This document shows positions 19,705 through 29,840 of a stretch of 64,000 bases of DNA, piece by piece. The notes under the pieces are model-generated. The model was not told the DNA's origin. It did no database searches and was given only the letters and a program-made list of their open reading frames with translations. Both the position numbers and the translations under genes were made by a program. Position 1 is the first letter of the stretch. The number at the start of each line of letters is the position of its first letter. The stretch comes from Spirochaetia bacterium (GTDB taxonomy: Bacteria; Spirochaetota; Spirochaetia; DSM-2461). Location: contig CAXXIA010000001.1 in the NCBI GenBank assembly GCA_963666985.2, positions 576,001-640,000 on the forward strand. The letters are read 5' to 3'.

Positions 19705-20294
19705 CTTACGTTGGAATCATCCTTACCTATACTCTTGTCAGTAATCTGGTCCTTGCGCAGTTTCTGGGATTGTGTCCTTTCATCGGTGTTTCCAAGAATA
19801 CCGAGAGCGCCGTGGGCATGGGATTCGCCGTTACCTTTGTTATGAGTCTGGCGGCCCTCATTACCTGGGCGCTCCAGCGCTTCATTCTGGTTCCTCTTCA
19901 TATCGAGTTTCTTCAAACGGTTACCTTTATTCTCATAATCGCCTCATTGGTGCAGCTGGTGGAAATGGTGGTCCGCAAGTATTCTCCGCCTCTTTATCAG
20001 GCTCTGGGGATTTATTTGCCTCTTATCACAACAAACTGCGGAGTTCTCGGTATCGCCCTTATCAGTGTGAACTCAGGGTACGGCCCGATGGAAAGCTTTT
20101 TAGCCGGATTATCGGCCGGAATCGGTTTCCTTTTGGCCCTTCTGCTTATGTCGGCCATCCGGGAAAGACTTGATACGGAAAAGGTACCGAAGTACCTGCG
20201 GGGTGCACCGATTGCATTTATTTCAGGCGGCCTGATGGCCCTGGCTTTTATGGCTTTCGATAAAGCGCTGCTGGCCAACATTATCGGAGGTTAA
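19701..20294 (+). CDS. rnfA: Rnf subunit A
   Basis: Motifs FLGLCPFIGVSK and LGIYLPLITTNCGVLG. Confidence 0.95.
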   Translation: MTYVGIILTYTLVSNLVLAQFLGLCPFIGVSKNTESAVGMGFAVTFVMSLAALITWALQRFILVPLHIEFLQTVTFILIIASLVQLVEMVVRKYSPPLYQALGIYLPLITTNCGVLGIALISVNSGYGPMESFLAGLSAGIGFLLALLLMSAIRERLDTEKVPKYLRGAPIAFISGGLMALAFMAFDKALLANIIGG

Positions 20295-20298
20295 GCCG

Positions 20299-21120
20299 AT
20301 GAATGAATTCACGAGGATTATCGCGGCTTTTCTTTCCACGTCGGCTTTCGCGGCTTTGCTGGGTTTCGGATTGGCTGTAGCTTCCCGAAAGTTCAAAGTG
20401 GAGAAAGATAAAAAAGTCGAAGAGCTTATGGCGATTCTTCCGGGACTGAACTGCGGTTCCTGCGGTTACGCCGGCTGTGAAGGCTATGCCGAAGCTCTTG
20501 CTGCGGGTACGGACGGGAATATTTCGAAATGCGGACCGGGCGGTCCTGAAGCCTTGGAGGCTCTGGGAACCGCTCTCGGTGTGAGCGTCGATGGAGCGGG
20601 TGTCCGTAAAGTCGCCAGACTGGCCTGTCTCGGCTGTGACGGGGTGGCCGTTCGCGATTTTCAGTATTCCGGATATATCGACTGTGAAGCGGCGAAGGTG
20701 CATTTCGACGGCGATAAGGGATGTAAATACGGATGCCTGGGATTGGGCTCCTGCGTGAAGTCCTGTCCCGTTGAGGCCATCGGCTATACTTCGGACGGAT
20801 TGGTGGAAGTCGATCCGGAAAAATGCATCGGATGCGGCATCTGTGTCGCCGTTTGCCCGACGGGCGCCATGAAAATGGTTCCGGCCGATATCGACTGGTT
20901 CGTCGCGTGCAATTCAAAGGATAAAGCCAAAGATACGAAAGCATTGTGTTCGGCCGGCTGTATCGGATGCAGGATATGCGAACGAAAATTCCCCAATGCA
21001 GGATTTATCGTTACGGACAATCTCTCTGTCCTGGAGTATACTGATGGAGTCGGAGAAGGACGTGAGGCGGCATCGGCGGCCTGTCCTTCGAAATGCATAA
21101 TAAAAGTAAAGGATATCTAG
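20299..21120 (+). CDS. rnfB: Rnf subunit B (ferredoxin-type)
   Basis: N-terminal TM helix, LPGLNCGSCGYAGC and several CxxCxxCxxxCP clusters. Confidence 0.94.
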   Translation: MNEFTRIIAAFLSTSAFAALLGFGLAVASRKFKVEKDKKVEELMAILPGLNCGSCGYAGCEGYAEALAAGTDGNISKCGPGGPEALEALGTALGVSVDGAGVRKVARLACLGCDGVAVRDFQYSGYIDCEAAKVHFDGDKGCKYGCLGLGSCVKSCPVEAIGYTSDGLVEVDPEKCIGCGICVAVCPTGAMKMVPADIDWFVACNSKDKAKDTKALCSAGCIGCRICERKFPNAGFIVTDNLSVLEYTDGVGEGREAASAACPSKCIIKVKDI

Positions 21121-21206
21121 CCGACTGCTGAGAATCTTCACAGTCTTCTGGAAGGATTCGGCCTTACGGGATTTCCGATAAGGTTCGTTCCGCGGGTTCC
21201 CCATCC

Positions 21207-23261
21207 ATGGGTAAGGTTAAATTAATTTTCGGAACCTGCAATACGGTTCCCTCAGGAGAAGCCGATTTCCTCTATGAAGAAGCCTACCAGAAGGCCTTCA
21301 AACCGTTTTTAACGGCTATCTATAATAATCCGGAAATGAATCCCACGCTGTATTATGCGGGCCCTCTTCTCGAATGGCTTGAGAAGAGGCATCCGGAATT
21401 TCATACGGTTCTCGCCGAACTTATGTCAAATAAATCGATCGAAATTCTGGGCGGGGGCTATTGGGAGCCCATGCTTCCGCTTATTCCCTCTCCCGACCGC
21501 GTGGGTCAGATTGAAGTCATGACGACCTACCTGAGGAAAAAATTCGGGAAAAGATCCCGGGGAAGCTGGGTAACGGCTCAAATCTGGGAAGCGAATTTGG
21601 CTTCTTCGCTCAGCGCCAGCGGAATGGATTACGCTTTTCTCACGGAGAGGGCGTTCCCCGATGTTCCGAATTTTCGCCCCGAGAATCCCGTTATCGCGGA
21701 AGATCAAGGGAAAACCGTAACCATTTTCCCCGTTATGGATACTCTCTCCGAACGGTTTTTAAAGGTTCCTCCGGAACATATTCTCGACAGCCTTCGAACT
21801 CTCGAATCCGACGACGGCAAAGAGTGTATCGTCTCGCTCATCCTCGACGGACAAATGCTGGGCGGAGACGGAACGCACGCCGTCTGCTATGGTGAAAAAT
21901 GGCTGGAGCGTTTTTTTGCCGCCGTAAAAGCCTCTCGAAGCTGGCTCGAATGCGTCCATCCCGGCCGCTATTTAAAAACCGTCCGTATATCCCGCGAGAA
22001 GGCTTATATCCCGGGGCCTACATACGAATCGCTGATGCATTGGGCCGGATCGGACGCCTCCGATTCGTCGCATACCAGGGTTATGGGTACGGATATGAGT
22101 CCTGATCGGCCTTCCGAACTCGGCGCCGATCTTTCCAAACGGCGTCCCATGGCCTATTACCGGGCTTTTTTATCCAAATATCGTGAAAGCGGTCTTTTGT
22201 ATGCGAAAATGATGCATATCGAAGTGCTGACGAATCAGCTCCGCGGCGATAAATACCGGAAGAAGAATGCCAAGGAAGAATTGTGGAGGGGGCAGGAACA
22301 TTACGCCTACTGGCACGGACCCACGGGCGGCATCTACAACAGCCGAATCAGGCATTCCGCCTACCGAGCGCTCATCGAGGCTGAAAAGGCAACGCGGGAG
22401 AGGGGTATTTTCAAAGCCGCGCTGACCTCCGTCGATTTCGACATGGACGGTGAAAAGGAATTTCTTTACAACGGATTGATTTTTAATGCCTATGTCCATG
22501 TTGTCGGCGGGGCGCTGTTCGAATTGGATTATCTGCCCATTTCACGCAACTACCTGGCCACGCTTTCCCGATATCCGGAGGATTATCATCCGCCCGCCAC
22601 GAGAGAGCAGGGATACGACCGGTATCCCCGATATGCTTTTCTGGACCACATCCTTGATTCACAGGACGATCCGGACAGTTTCGAACGGCTTTCGCTCAGA
22701 AGCCGCGGATCTTTTCCGGAAAAACGATATACACCCCTGGAAGTTATTCGTGATCAGCCTCGTGTTACCCTGCAATGCCGCGGAGGATTGCACGGGGAAA
22801 ACGACGAGATAGAAATCCATAAAACCTATCAGTTCCGGCGCAGCACGCTGGAAGTGGAGTATACCTTTACGAATCTGACGCCCAGAAGCATCAGTTTTTC
22901 CTGGGGAACTGAAATAAATCTCGCTCTCCCGGAAGATCCGGAGCAGCGTCCGTTTTATTTGAATACCGATGGCGGTGCCGTCGGCAGGCCGGAAACACGG
23001 ATTTCCGATAAGGGACAAAACCCCGACGTGGAATCCTGGACGGTCCATGACATTGAAAATGATGTTCTGATGACCTTCTCTCTCTCCGAACCGGCCGAAC
23101 TCTGGCGTTTTCCCGTGTTTGTGGATTACAGGGTTCGCCGGGAACTTCGCCGAAAATACCAGTCGAGCTGTTTCTTGCCGAAATGGAATGTCGAAATCCC
23201 GCCGTTGGATTCCCGTTTTTTCCGCGTGACGATGAGAATCGGCCGAATCAAGAAAGTTTGA
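21207..23261 (+). CDS. GH57 4-alpha-glucanotransferase-like protein (DUF1925/DUF1926), probably lacking the catalytic nucleophile
   Basis: Motifs GGGYWEPMLPLIP, YWHGPTGGIY and DFDMDGEKE. The usual HxHQP and WLxER motifs read TCNTVP and WVTAQ. Confidence 0.8.
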   Translation: MGKVKLIFGTCNTVPSGEADFLYEEAYQKAFKPFLTAIYNNPEMNPTLYYAGPLLEWLEKRHPEFHTVLAELMSNKSIEILGGGYWEPMLPLIPSPDRVGQIEVMTTYLRKKFGKRSRGSWVTAQIWEANLASSLSASGMDYAFLTERAFPDVPNFRPENPVIAEDQGKTVTIFPVMDTLSERFLKVPPEHILDSLRTLESDDGKECIVSLILDGQMLGGDGTHAVCYGEKWLERFFAAVKASRSWLECVHPGRYLKTVRISREKAYIPGPTYESLMHWAGSDASDSSHTRVMGTDMSPDRPSELGADLSKRRPMAYYRAFLSKYRESGLLYAKMMHIEVLTNQLRGDKYRKKNAKEELWRGQEHYAYWHGPTGGIYNSRIRHSAYRALIEAEKATRERGIFKAALTSVDFDMDGEKEFLYNGLIFNAYVHVVGGALFELDYLPISRNYLATLSRYPEDYHPPATREQGYDRYPRYAFLDHILDSQDDPDSFERLSLRSRGSFPEKRYTPLEVIRDQPRVTLQCRGGLHGENDEIEIHKTYQFRRSTLEVEYTFTNLTPRSISFSWGTEINLALPEDPEQRPFYLNTDGGAVGRPETRISDKGQNPDVESWTVHDIENDVLMTFSLSEPAELWRFPVFVDYRVRRELRRKYQSSCFLPKWNVEIPPLDSRFFRVTMRIGRIKKV

Positions 23262-23368
23262 TTCCCATGGGCCGCACGGCATCACGTCACCCTTCGGGCG
23301 CTTCCCTCATGAAGTGCTCTTCATCTTCGATTCCGATTAAAGAGCCGATGTCTTATTGTTGATTTCGG

Positions 23369-24619
23369 CTAAGAAACAGGCGTTACATCCGCGTAGATGG
23401 CGAGCATCCATTTACGGGCTTCGAAATAATAGTGATCCGACGCATAAAGAAATGAAAGGAACGATGCCTGCAAATCGCCGAGGAAATATTGGCATTCTCC
23501 CCTGTAAAACTGAATTCGGGCCTTCATGGCTTCATCGATTCCGTTTGAAGCCGAAAGGGCGAAGAATTCGGATTCCGCCGTTTCCCATTCTTTTCGTTCA
23601 AAAGGACCCTCAAGGATATCCATAAGGATGCCTTGGAGCCTCTCGTCGCTGTGTCCGCGGTCAAGATCGAGAATCACGGGGCTCGGTTCCGACCAAAGTT
23701 CCCCCTGTATCGGACCGAGGATTTCGGCCAGGGCCGTGAGAGCGGACGAGGAAAGACGTTTCCTTTCGGGAAGTTCCCCGTCAATCTCCGGTATGGGACT
23801 GCCGTCCGCGAAGCTTCGCGTGATGCGCAGTCTCGGAAGAGGGGCCGGACGCATGGCGGCCGAGACTGTTCTTTCGTCCGCTAATGAGGGGGTTACGGGA
23901 TTTGAAAAGGCGGCCGAACTCATCCATTGAGGATTTCCCGTTCGAAATAAACCGCTGTCCACGGCGGCATAGTACCAGGTTACGCCGGGAATCGGTGAAT
24001 CCATGAGAGCACCGGAAGACCCGATACGGCTTCCAACCGTAACGGCATGGTCTATTTCTCCGGGATTGTCGAAAGAACGAGGACTCCTGAATACGGTGAT
24101 GTTCGCTTCTTCCGAGTCGGCGACAAAGTCCAGCCTTACTCCTTGTCCGTCGAGTTCCGCCGTCAGGGCGAGAACTCTTGCGGCTTTTTCCGCATCCTTG
24201 GTTCCCTTATCAACACTGGCCGGAACGCCCGTAGCGTTTCTCCAGGGGATAATCATCTGATAACGGATACCATCGGAAACGGCGATGATGGCGTACCACC
24301 AGGGAGTTCCTTCGGGCGGCCTGTCCGTGAATGTCTCGATACCCGGCGCCACAACGGCAATTCTTTGTGCGTTTTCTCTGTTTTCCGAAACGATCGCGGA
24401 GTCGTTTCTGTAAATCTCGTAAATCGCATCTTTTAAACTTGGAGAATCTTTCCAGTTGAGAATGATTTCACCTCTGTTGGCCTGTGCGTCAAGGTGCGAG
24501 ACAAAGGGCGAACTGAGATCGGCATTAAGATTCTGCGCTCCAAGAAATGAACCCATAAGGAGCAGAAAAGAGAGACAGAAAGCGGAGTGAGACGGAGAGA
24601 ACATCTTCATCATTTCCAT
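23369..24619 (-). CDS. Hypothetical exported protein (two FN3-like beta modules, C-terminal TPR-like helix pair)
   Basis: Signal-peptide-like N-terminus; repeated D-x-P-x(4)-W-x-Y-A modules; FYRGECQYFLG. Confidence 0.65.
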   Translation of the reverse strand: MEMMKMFSPSHSAFCLSFLLLMGSFLGAQNLNADLSSPFVSHLDAQANRGEIILNWKDSPSLKDAIYEIYRNDSAIVSENRENAQRIAVVAPGIETFTDRPPEGTPWWYAIIAVSDGIRYQMIIPWRNATGVPASVDKGTKDAEKAARVLALTAELDGQGVRLDFVADSEEANITVFRSPRSFDNPGEIDHAVTVGSRIGSSGALMDSPIPGVTWYYAAVDSGLFRTGNPQWMSSAAFSNPVTPSLADERTVSAAMRPAPLPRLRITRSFADGSPIPEIDGELPERKRLSSSALTALAEILGPIQGELWSEPSPVILDLDRGHSDERLQGILMDILEGPFERKEWETAESEFFALSASNGIDEAMKARIQFYRGECQYFLGDLQASFLSFLYASDHYYFEARKWMLAIYADVTPVS

Positions 24620-24666
24620 TATCGGCAGCGGAGACCAATCCCGCCAGTTCCCTTCGCGACTCTTCG

Positions 24667-24695
24667 TTGACCGTGCCTTTCGGCGGGAGTACGAT
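24667..24695 (+). promoter_or_regulatory. sigma70-like promoter of the fliG-like gene (TTGACC-N17-TACGAT)
   Basis: The -10 box ends 5 nt before ATG 24701. Confidence 0.6.
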
Positions 24696-24700
24696 ACGAT

Positions 24701-25867
24701 ATGAGCAAGTCCAAAACCGGAATAGAACTGTACGCCGCGGCGGCGAAATTGGAAGGCCGTAAGCCCTCCGCCGTAAATCCGGCGCTAAAAGCGGGAACTA
24801 CGGTGAAAAAACCGAAGACCTCTTCCGGTCGTTCCGAGAAGGATGGTTTTCTTAAAGTCACCGATAAAGAAAAATCCGGCATCGAAAACAAAGCGGCGGG
24901 TCTCTTGCTTCTTCTCGGCAGTGATGAAGCGGCGAAGGTTCTCTCGAAGCTTTCGCCCGAGGAAGCCGAACGTGTCGCCGGGCAAATAGCCGCGACTCGG
25001 CGCATCGATGCCGTTGAAGCGAAGAACATACTGGAAGAGTTCGGCGATAATTTCGGGAATATCGAACCTCGCCGCGTCTGCGGCGGCGTTGATGCCGCCA
25101 GAGACATCCTCAAAGCGGCTTTCGGCGAAGAAAAAGCCGCGGGAATCCTCGCGAAAGCGGTTCCCGAAGAGATGCCCAAACCGTTTTCATTCTTGGATGA
25201 TTTATCCGCCAACCAGCTTATTTCCCTGCTCCGAAAGGAAAATCCCACCACATTGTCCTTGGTGATGAGTTATCTCGATCCCATGAAATCATCGCGAATT
25301 TTGGAATCGCTTCCCGCCGACGAACGTTCGGCTGTTGTCCTGCGCATGGCAAAGACCGAGAAAGTCTCCAATAACGTCACGGATACCGTCGAAACGGCCC
25401 TCCGGGAAAAACTTCGGCTGATCGGCAAGGATGAAAGCGAGGAATTGGACGGAAGGAGCGCGCTTGCCGATATTCTCCGCTACATGGATCTGGGCGATGA
25501 AAGACGTCTTCTTGATGAGCTGGCGGAGAGCGATCCCTCACTGGCGGATCAGGTCAGAGAAAAACTCTATACCATGGATACGGTTCTGCACATGCGAAAG
25601 AGGGATCTTCAGGAACTTCTTGCCGGGATGAGTGAAAATGAAATCGCCATGATTCTCAAAGGACAGCCGAGGGAAATCAAAGAGGCCGTCGATGCATCTT
25701 TAAGCTCCAGGCGAAGACTTCTTGTCGCCGACGAGAACGATCTGATAGGACCTGTGCCCCGATCCGAAGCCGATGCCGCCGTGAAAGCCTTTCTTGAGAA
25801 GTTGAAAGAGGGAGAGGAAAACGGCGTTTACGTGATTATGCGGGAAGAGGACGATCTGATTATTTAA
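24701..25867 (+). CDS. fliG: Flagellar motor switch protein FliG paralog (orphan, FliG1-like)
   Basis: Motifs KAAGLLLLLG, GGVDAARDIL, PFSFL, ENP (EHP-like), LAESDPSLADQVREKL and GPVPRSE. Confidence 0.85.
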   Translation: MSKSKTGIELYAAAAKLEGRKPSAVNPALKAGTTVKKPKTSSGRSEKDGFLKVTDKEKSGIENKAAGLLLLLGSDEAAKVLSKLSPEEAERVAGQIAATRRIDAVEAKNILEEFGDNFGNIEPRRVCGGVDAARDILKAAFGEEKAAGILAKAVPEEMPKPFSFLDDLSANQLISLLRKENPTTLSLVMSYLDPMKSSRILESLPADERSAVVLRMAKTEKVSNNVTDTVETALREKLRLIGKDESEELDGRSALADILRYMDLGDERRLLDELAESDPSLADQVREKLYTMDTVLHMRKRDLQELLAGMSENEIAMILKGQPREIKEAVDASLSSRRRLLVADENDLIGPVPRSEADAAVKAFLEKLKEGEENGVYVIMREEDDLII

Positions 25868-25927
25868 GTCCGCCGCAAGTTCGTCGCTCAATCAGGAAGA
25901 AGACATTCCCTGCGCCCTGAGGTCGGC

Positions 25928-25957
25928 TTGATAAACCGCCGTGCTCTCAGATACGAT
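25928..25957 (+). promoter_or_regulatory. sigma70-like promoter of alaS (TTGATA-N18-TACGAT), leaderless type
   Basis: The -10 box ends 6 nt before ATG 25964; no SD. Confidence 0.6.
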
Positions 25958-25963
25958 ACGGCC

Positions 25964-27751
25964 ATGACTGCCAACGATCTGCGCCGTAAGTATATAGAGT
26001 TTTTCGTGGCCCGCGGCCACGCTGAGATATCGGGAAAGTCGCTCATACCGGAAAACGATCCGACCGTCCTTTTCACGACGGCGGGGATGCACCCGCTCGT
26101 GCCGTATTTATTGGGGCAGGACCATCCCGCCGGAAAACGTCTGGTAGACGTGCAGAAATGCATCCGCACGGGCGATATTGAGTCCGTGGGAGATGCCTCA
26201 CACCTTACTTTTTTCGAAATGCTGGGAAATTGGTCCCTGCGGGATTATTTCAAGAAAGAAGCCTTGGCCTGGAGTTTTGAATTCCTTACTTCACAAGAAT
26301 ATCTCGGTTTGGATCAAGATCGGATTTCCGTCACCGTTTTCGAAGGAGACGATGATGCGCCTTTCGATTCCGAGTCGTATGAAACCTGGATTTCCCTCGG
26401 AATCCCGAAAGAGCGTATTTACAAATTTCCCAAGAAAGACAACTGGTGGGGACCCGCCGGCAAAACCGGCCCGTGCGGTCCTGATTCGGAGATGTTCTAC
26501 GACACGGGCATCGAGCCCTGCGGTAAGGACTGCCGTCCCGGCTGCTCCTGCGGAAAATACTTTGAAATCTGGAACGACGTCTTCATGCAGTACGACAAAA
26601 AAGAAGACGGTACCTATGAACTTTTGTCCAAACCCTGCGTGGATACGGGGATGGGCGTGGAACGAACCATAACCATGCTCCTGGGAGAAAAGAATGTCTA
26701 CGAAACGGAACTTTTTTCTCCCATTATTACCGCCATAGAGAATGTTTCGGGCGTGAAATACGAAAGAGATGAAGAGAGCATCCATTCCTTCCGGATTATC
26801 GCGGATCATGTAAAGACCGCCACAATGATTCTCGGCGACGAGAACGGCGTGAAGCCCTCGAATCTCGGACAGGGATATATTCTGCGCAGACTTATTAGGC
26901 GTGCCGTCAGGCATGGATTGAAGCTGGGCATTGAAAAAGATTTTCTCGGGAACATCGCCGATTCCGTCTTCGGCATTTACAATGGTGTTTATGATGAACT
27001 GAAAGAGCGGCGGGCCATCATTATGAGCGAATTGGAGCTGGAAGAGGCTCAGTTTCGCAAGACTCTCGAACACGGCCACAAGGAATTCGATAAACTTCTG
27101 CCCAATTTGCTGAAAAATCCGAAGAAAATCATTTCCGGTAAAATCGCTTTCCGATTGTACGATACTTACGGCTTCCCCGTGGAGCTCACCGAGGAATTGG
27201 CTTCCGAACACGGCATGACCGTCGATAAGGAAGGATTCGAAGAGGCCTTTAAGAAACACCAGGAAGCGTCGAAGAAGGGAGCGGATAAAACTTTCAAGGG
27301 CGGAATGGCCGATAATTCCGTGATGTCCACGCGGTATCATACCGCGACGCATCTGCTTCACGAGGCCTTAAGACGTGTTTTGGGCGAACATGTCGCTCAG
27401 AAAGGATCCAACATCACCGCCGAGCGGCTGAGATTCGACTTTGTTCATCCCGATGCGATGAGCGCGGAACAAAAAGAGGAAGTCGAAAAAATCGTCAATG
27501 AACAAATCGCGGCGAATCTTCCGATTTCAATGAGTGTGATGTCTCTCAAGGAAGCTCGGGATGCGGGTGCGGCGGCCCTGTTCGAAGGCAAATACGACGA
27601 ACAGGTGAAAGTTTATAAAATCGGAGATTTTTCGGTGGAGGTCTGCGGCGGTCCGCATGTGGAATCCACCGGCGAACTCGGTGTTTTCAAAATCGCCAAG
27701 GAGCAGTCCAGTTCCCGCGGTGTAAGGCGTATCCGCGCGATATTGGAGTAA
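25964..27751 (+). CDS. alaS: Alanine--tRNA ligase, short form (aminoacylation + editing domains, no C-Ala)
   Basis: Motifs DPTVLFTTAGM, HLTFFEMLGNWS, GPCGPDSE, DTGMGVER, LYDTYGFP, HTATHLL, EVCGGPHV; ends GVRRIRAILE. Confidence 0.96.
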   Translation: MTANDLRRKYIEFFVARGHAEISGKSLIPENDPTVLFTTAGMHPLVPYLLGQDHPAGKRLVDVQKCIRTGDIESVGDASHLTFFEMLGNWSLRDYFKKEALAWSFEFLTSQEYLGLDQDRISVTVFEGDDDAPFDSESYETWISLGIPKERIYKFPKKDNWWGPAGKTGPCGPDSEMFYDTGIEPCGKDCRPGCSCGKYFEIWNDVFMQYDKKEDGTYELLSKPCVDTGMGVERTITMLLGEKNVYETELFSPIITAIENVSGVKYERDEESIHSFRIIADHVKTATMILGDENGVKPSNLGQGYILRRLIRRAVRHGLKLGIEKDFLGNIADSVFGIYNGVYDELKERRAIIMSELELEEAQFRKTLEHGHKEFDKLLPNLLKNPKKIISGKIAFRLYDTYGFPVELTEELASEHGMTVDKEGFEEAFKKHQEASKKGADKTFKGGMADNSVMSTRYHTATHLLHEALRRVLGEHVAQKGSNITAERLRFDFVHPDAMSAEQKEEVEKIVNEQIAANLPISMSVMSLKEARDAGAAALFEGKYDEQVKVYKIGDFSVEVCGGPHVESTGELGVFKIAKEQSSSRGVRRIRAILE

Positions 27752-27753
27752 TC

Positions 27754-28887
27754 TTAGGACGCTTCAAGCCGTTTGAAATAATCTTCAATTCTCTCGTTGT
27801 GCAGTCCCTGCCGCATATAGCGTCCGAGACAATCGAGGGCCTCATCAATCCGGCCTAATTCTTCGAAACACGATGCCGCTTCATAGTAGAGACGGTGGTT
27901 CCGCGGGTCTTTATCGATAAGTGCGATGAGAGAAGAAACCGCGTTCTCGGTTTTTCCGTAAGCCTTATCAACCAGAGCCAATCCCAATGCGGCGTAAATA
28001 TCGAAATCAATATCCAAAGCTTTCTTATAGTAGATGGCCGCGGTTTCCCAGGCATCCATGGCTCTATAAGCATCTCCTACGCGCGTGAGGATTACTTTAT
28101 TGTCGGGATCCTGATCGAGGATCATGTTCCAATAAACAAGAGATTTCTTCGTTTCATGCAAGCCGCGATAGCAATCGGCCATGCCGAAGATCGCGTAGAA
28201 GTTCTCCGGCTGTTTTTCCATCGCCTCTTCGAAATAAGGGATTCCGCTTTCATATTCGCCCAGTTTTCGATAACAATTCCCAATGGATGTGAGGACGCGA
28301 ATATCGACATTCCCGCTCCTTCGCTTTTCCATGGTCTTCCAGCAGGCGAGAGCCTCGCGGTATTTTTTGAAGTCGTAATTAAGGTGCCCCAGGCCTATAA
28401 GAGCGTAGGAGTTCTTATCATCAAGTTTAAGAACCCGTTCGTATAAATCGGCGGATTTACCGTAGTCTCTGATTTTCCGGTAGGCATCGGCGACTCGTGT
28501 CAGAACCGTTATGTTTGAGGAATCATGCTTCAGGTATTCTTCCCAGGATTCGATAGCCTTATTGAAATGACCAAGTGATTTATGGCAGTCCGCAAGTCCG
28601 AAGAGGGCGTAGTTATTGCCCGGATGGTGGCGTAGGCAGGTTTGATACTGCTCGATGGCTTCAATATATTGCTGATTTTTTCTTAAGGCATCACCGAGGC
28701 CGACCAGCGCATAATTATTTTCCGGTTCGATGTCCAAGATTCGGTGGAAGAGCTCGGCGGCCTGGTCCGTATGCGATTCACGGAGCAATTGGTAAGCGCG
28801 TTTGGAGAGTTCGGAGAGTTCGTTTGTCCGTTCATCGTGCTGTTGATGAAAAGATGATTTTAAATCTTCTAAATTGTGTTCGCTCAT
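27754..28887 (-). CDS. Tetratricopeptide repeat protein
   Basis: About 9-10 repeats of 34 aa (NNYALVGLGDAL, NNYALFGLADC, NSYALIGLG, NFYAIFGMADC). Confidence 0.88.
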   Translation of the reverse strand: MSEHNLEDLKSSFHQQHDERTNELSELSKRAYQLLRESHTDQAAELFHRILDIEPENNYALVGLGDALRKNQQYIEAIEQYQTCLRHHPGNNYALFGLADCHKSLGHFNKAIESWEEYLKHDSSNITVLTRVADAYRKIRDYGKSADLYERVLKLDDKNSYALIGLGHLNYDFKKYREALACWKTMEKRRSGNVDIRVLTSIGNCYRKLGEYESGIPYFEEAMEKQPENFYAIFGMADCYRGLHETKKSLVYWNMILDQDPDNKVILTRVGDAYRAMDAWETAAIYYKKALDIDFDIYAALGLALVDKAYGKTENAVSSLIALIDKDPRNHRLYYEAASCFEELGRIDEALDCLGRYMRQGLHNERIEDYFKRLEAS

Positions 28888-28946
28888 TGAATTTCTTTTT
28901 TACCTCAAAAGGAGCACCGGAGACGACGGATGCGGATCTGAAAATG

Positions 28947-29258
28947 CTATTGGTTCAGCCATTCCCGTATAACTTCCGCCATTCGACGCGCCAAATGATC
29001 GGCTTTGTCCGAGGCGGGAGCCAGACGGTACAATCTATAGGCTTCCCAGTACTCGTTTCTATTATAATAATAATCTCCAATTCGGGTAATTCCATCGGTA
29101 TACCGTACCGTAAGAAAAATCTTTTTGGCGGTTGCGATATCGCCGTTGTTATAAAGCTGATTCCCTTTGCGGATAAGAGCCGCTTTTTGTGAAGAATCAA
29201 TCGCCGCCCGGGGAGGCGCGACGATTTTCAGGAAACCTTCCTTGGGGATTTCGGCCAT
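28947..29258 (-). CDS. Small conserved hypothetical helical protein
   Basis: 103 aa, 3 nt downstream of hisB; TPR-like helices (ALIRKGNQLYNNGD, RIGDYY). Confidence 0.7.
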   Translation of the reverse strand: MAEIPKEGFLKIVAPPRAAIDSSQKAALIRKGNQLYNNGDIATAKKIFLTVRYTDGITRIGDYYYNRNEYWEAYRLYRLAPASDKADHLARRMAEVIREWLNQ

Positions 29259-29261
29259 GAA

Positions 29262-29840
29262 CTAAATGATTCCTTTTGTCGACATCGCGGATTCACCGCC
29301 TTCAACGGGTACGAACGCTTGGGAGAGGGCGCGTCCTACGGCCTTAAACAGAGCTTCGGCCGCATGATGACCGTTATCGGAGTAGCGGACGCTCAAGTGC
29401 AGATTCATTTTTCCCGAAACGGCCAGAGCCCAGAAAAAATCCTTGAGTAGGAATAAATCGAAATCGCCGGCTTTAGGCTGAGCCCAGTCGACATTCCAAA
29501 CAAGGTAGGGCCGTCCGCAGATATCCGCGACGGCTTCAGCCAAAGAATCGTCCATGGGGATAACGGCGTGCCCGTAGCGGCGAATCCCGCCCGATTCGCG
29601 GCGGATTCGATCCAGCGCGTCGCCGAAAACAAGTCCGGAATCTTCAACCAAGTGATGCGGATCGACGTCGATGTCGCCTTTCGCGTCGACCTTCAGAGAA
29701 AAGCCGCCGTGAAAAGCCATGGCGTGGAGCATGTGGTCGAAGAAGGGAAGTCCGGTGGAAAAGGAGGAAGGACCGGATACGCTCATATCCAGCTTCACGC
29801 CTATATCGGTTTCTTTTGTTGTTCTGCGTAATTCGATCAT
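29262..29840 (-). CDS. hisB: Imidazoleglycerol-phosphate dehydratase
   Basis: Motifs RTTKETDI, FFDHML, DPHHLVED, PMDD, NGHHAAEALFKA, STKG. Confidence 0.96.
   Translation of the reverse strand: MIELRRTTKETDIGVKLDMSVSGPSSFSTGLPFFDHMLHAMAFHGGFSLKVDAKGDIDVDPHHLVEDSGLVFGDALDRIRRESGGIRRYGHAVIPMDDSLAEAVADICGRPYLVWNVDWAQPKAGDFDLFLLKDFFWALAVSGKMNLHLSVRYSDNGHHAAEALFKAVGRALSQAFVPVEGGESAMSTKGII

Noticed and set aside
25964..27751. alaS as a truncated pseudogene
   Set aside because: The catalytic and editing motifs are intact, and ~600-aa AlaRS lacking C-Ala is a known form in spirochaetes.
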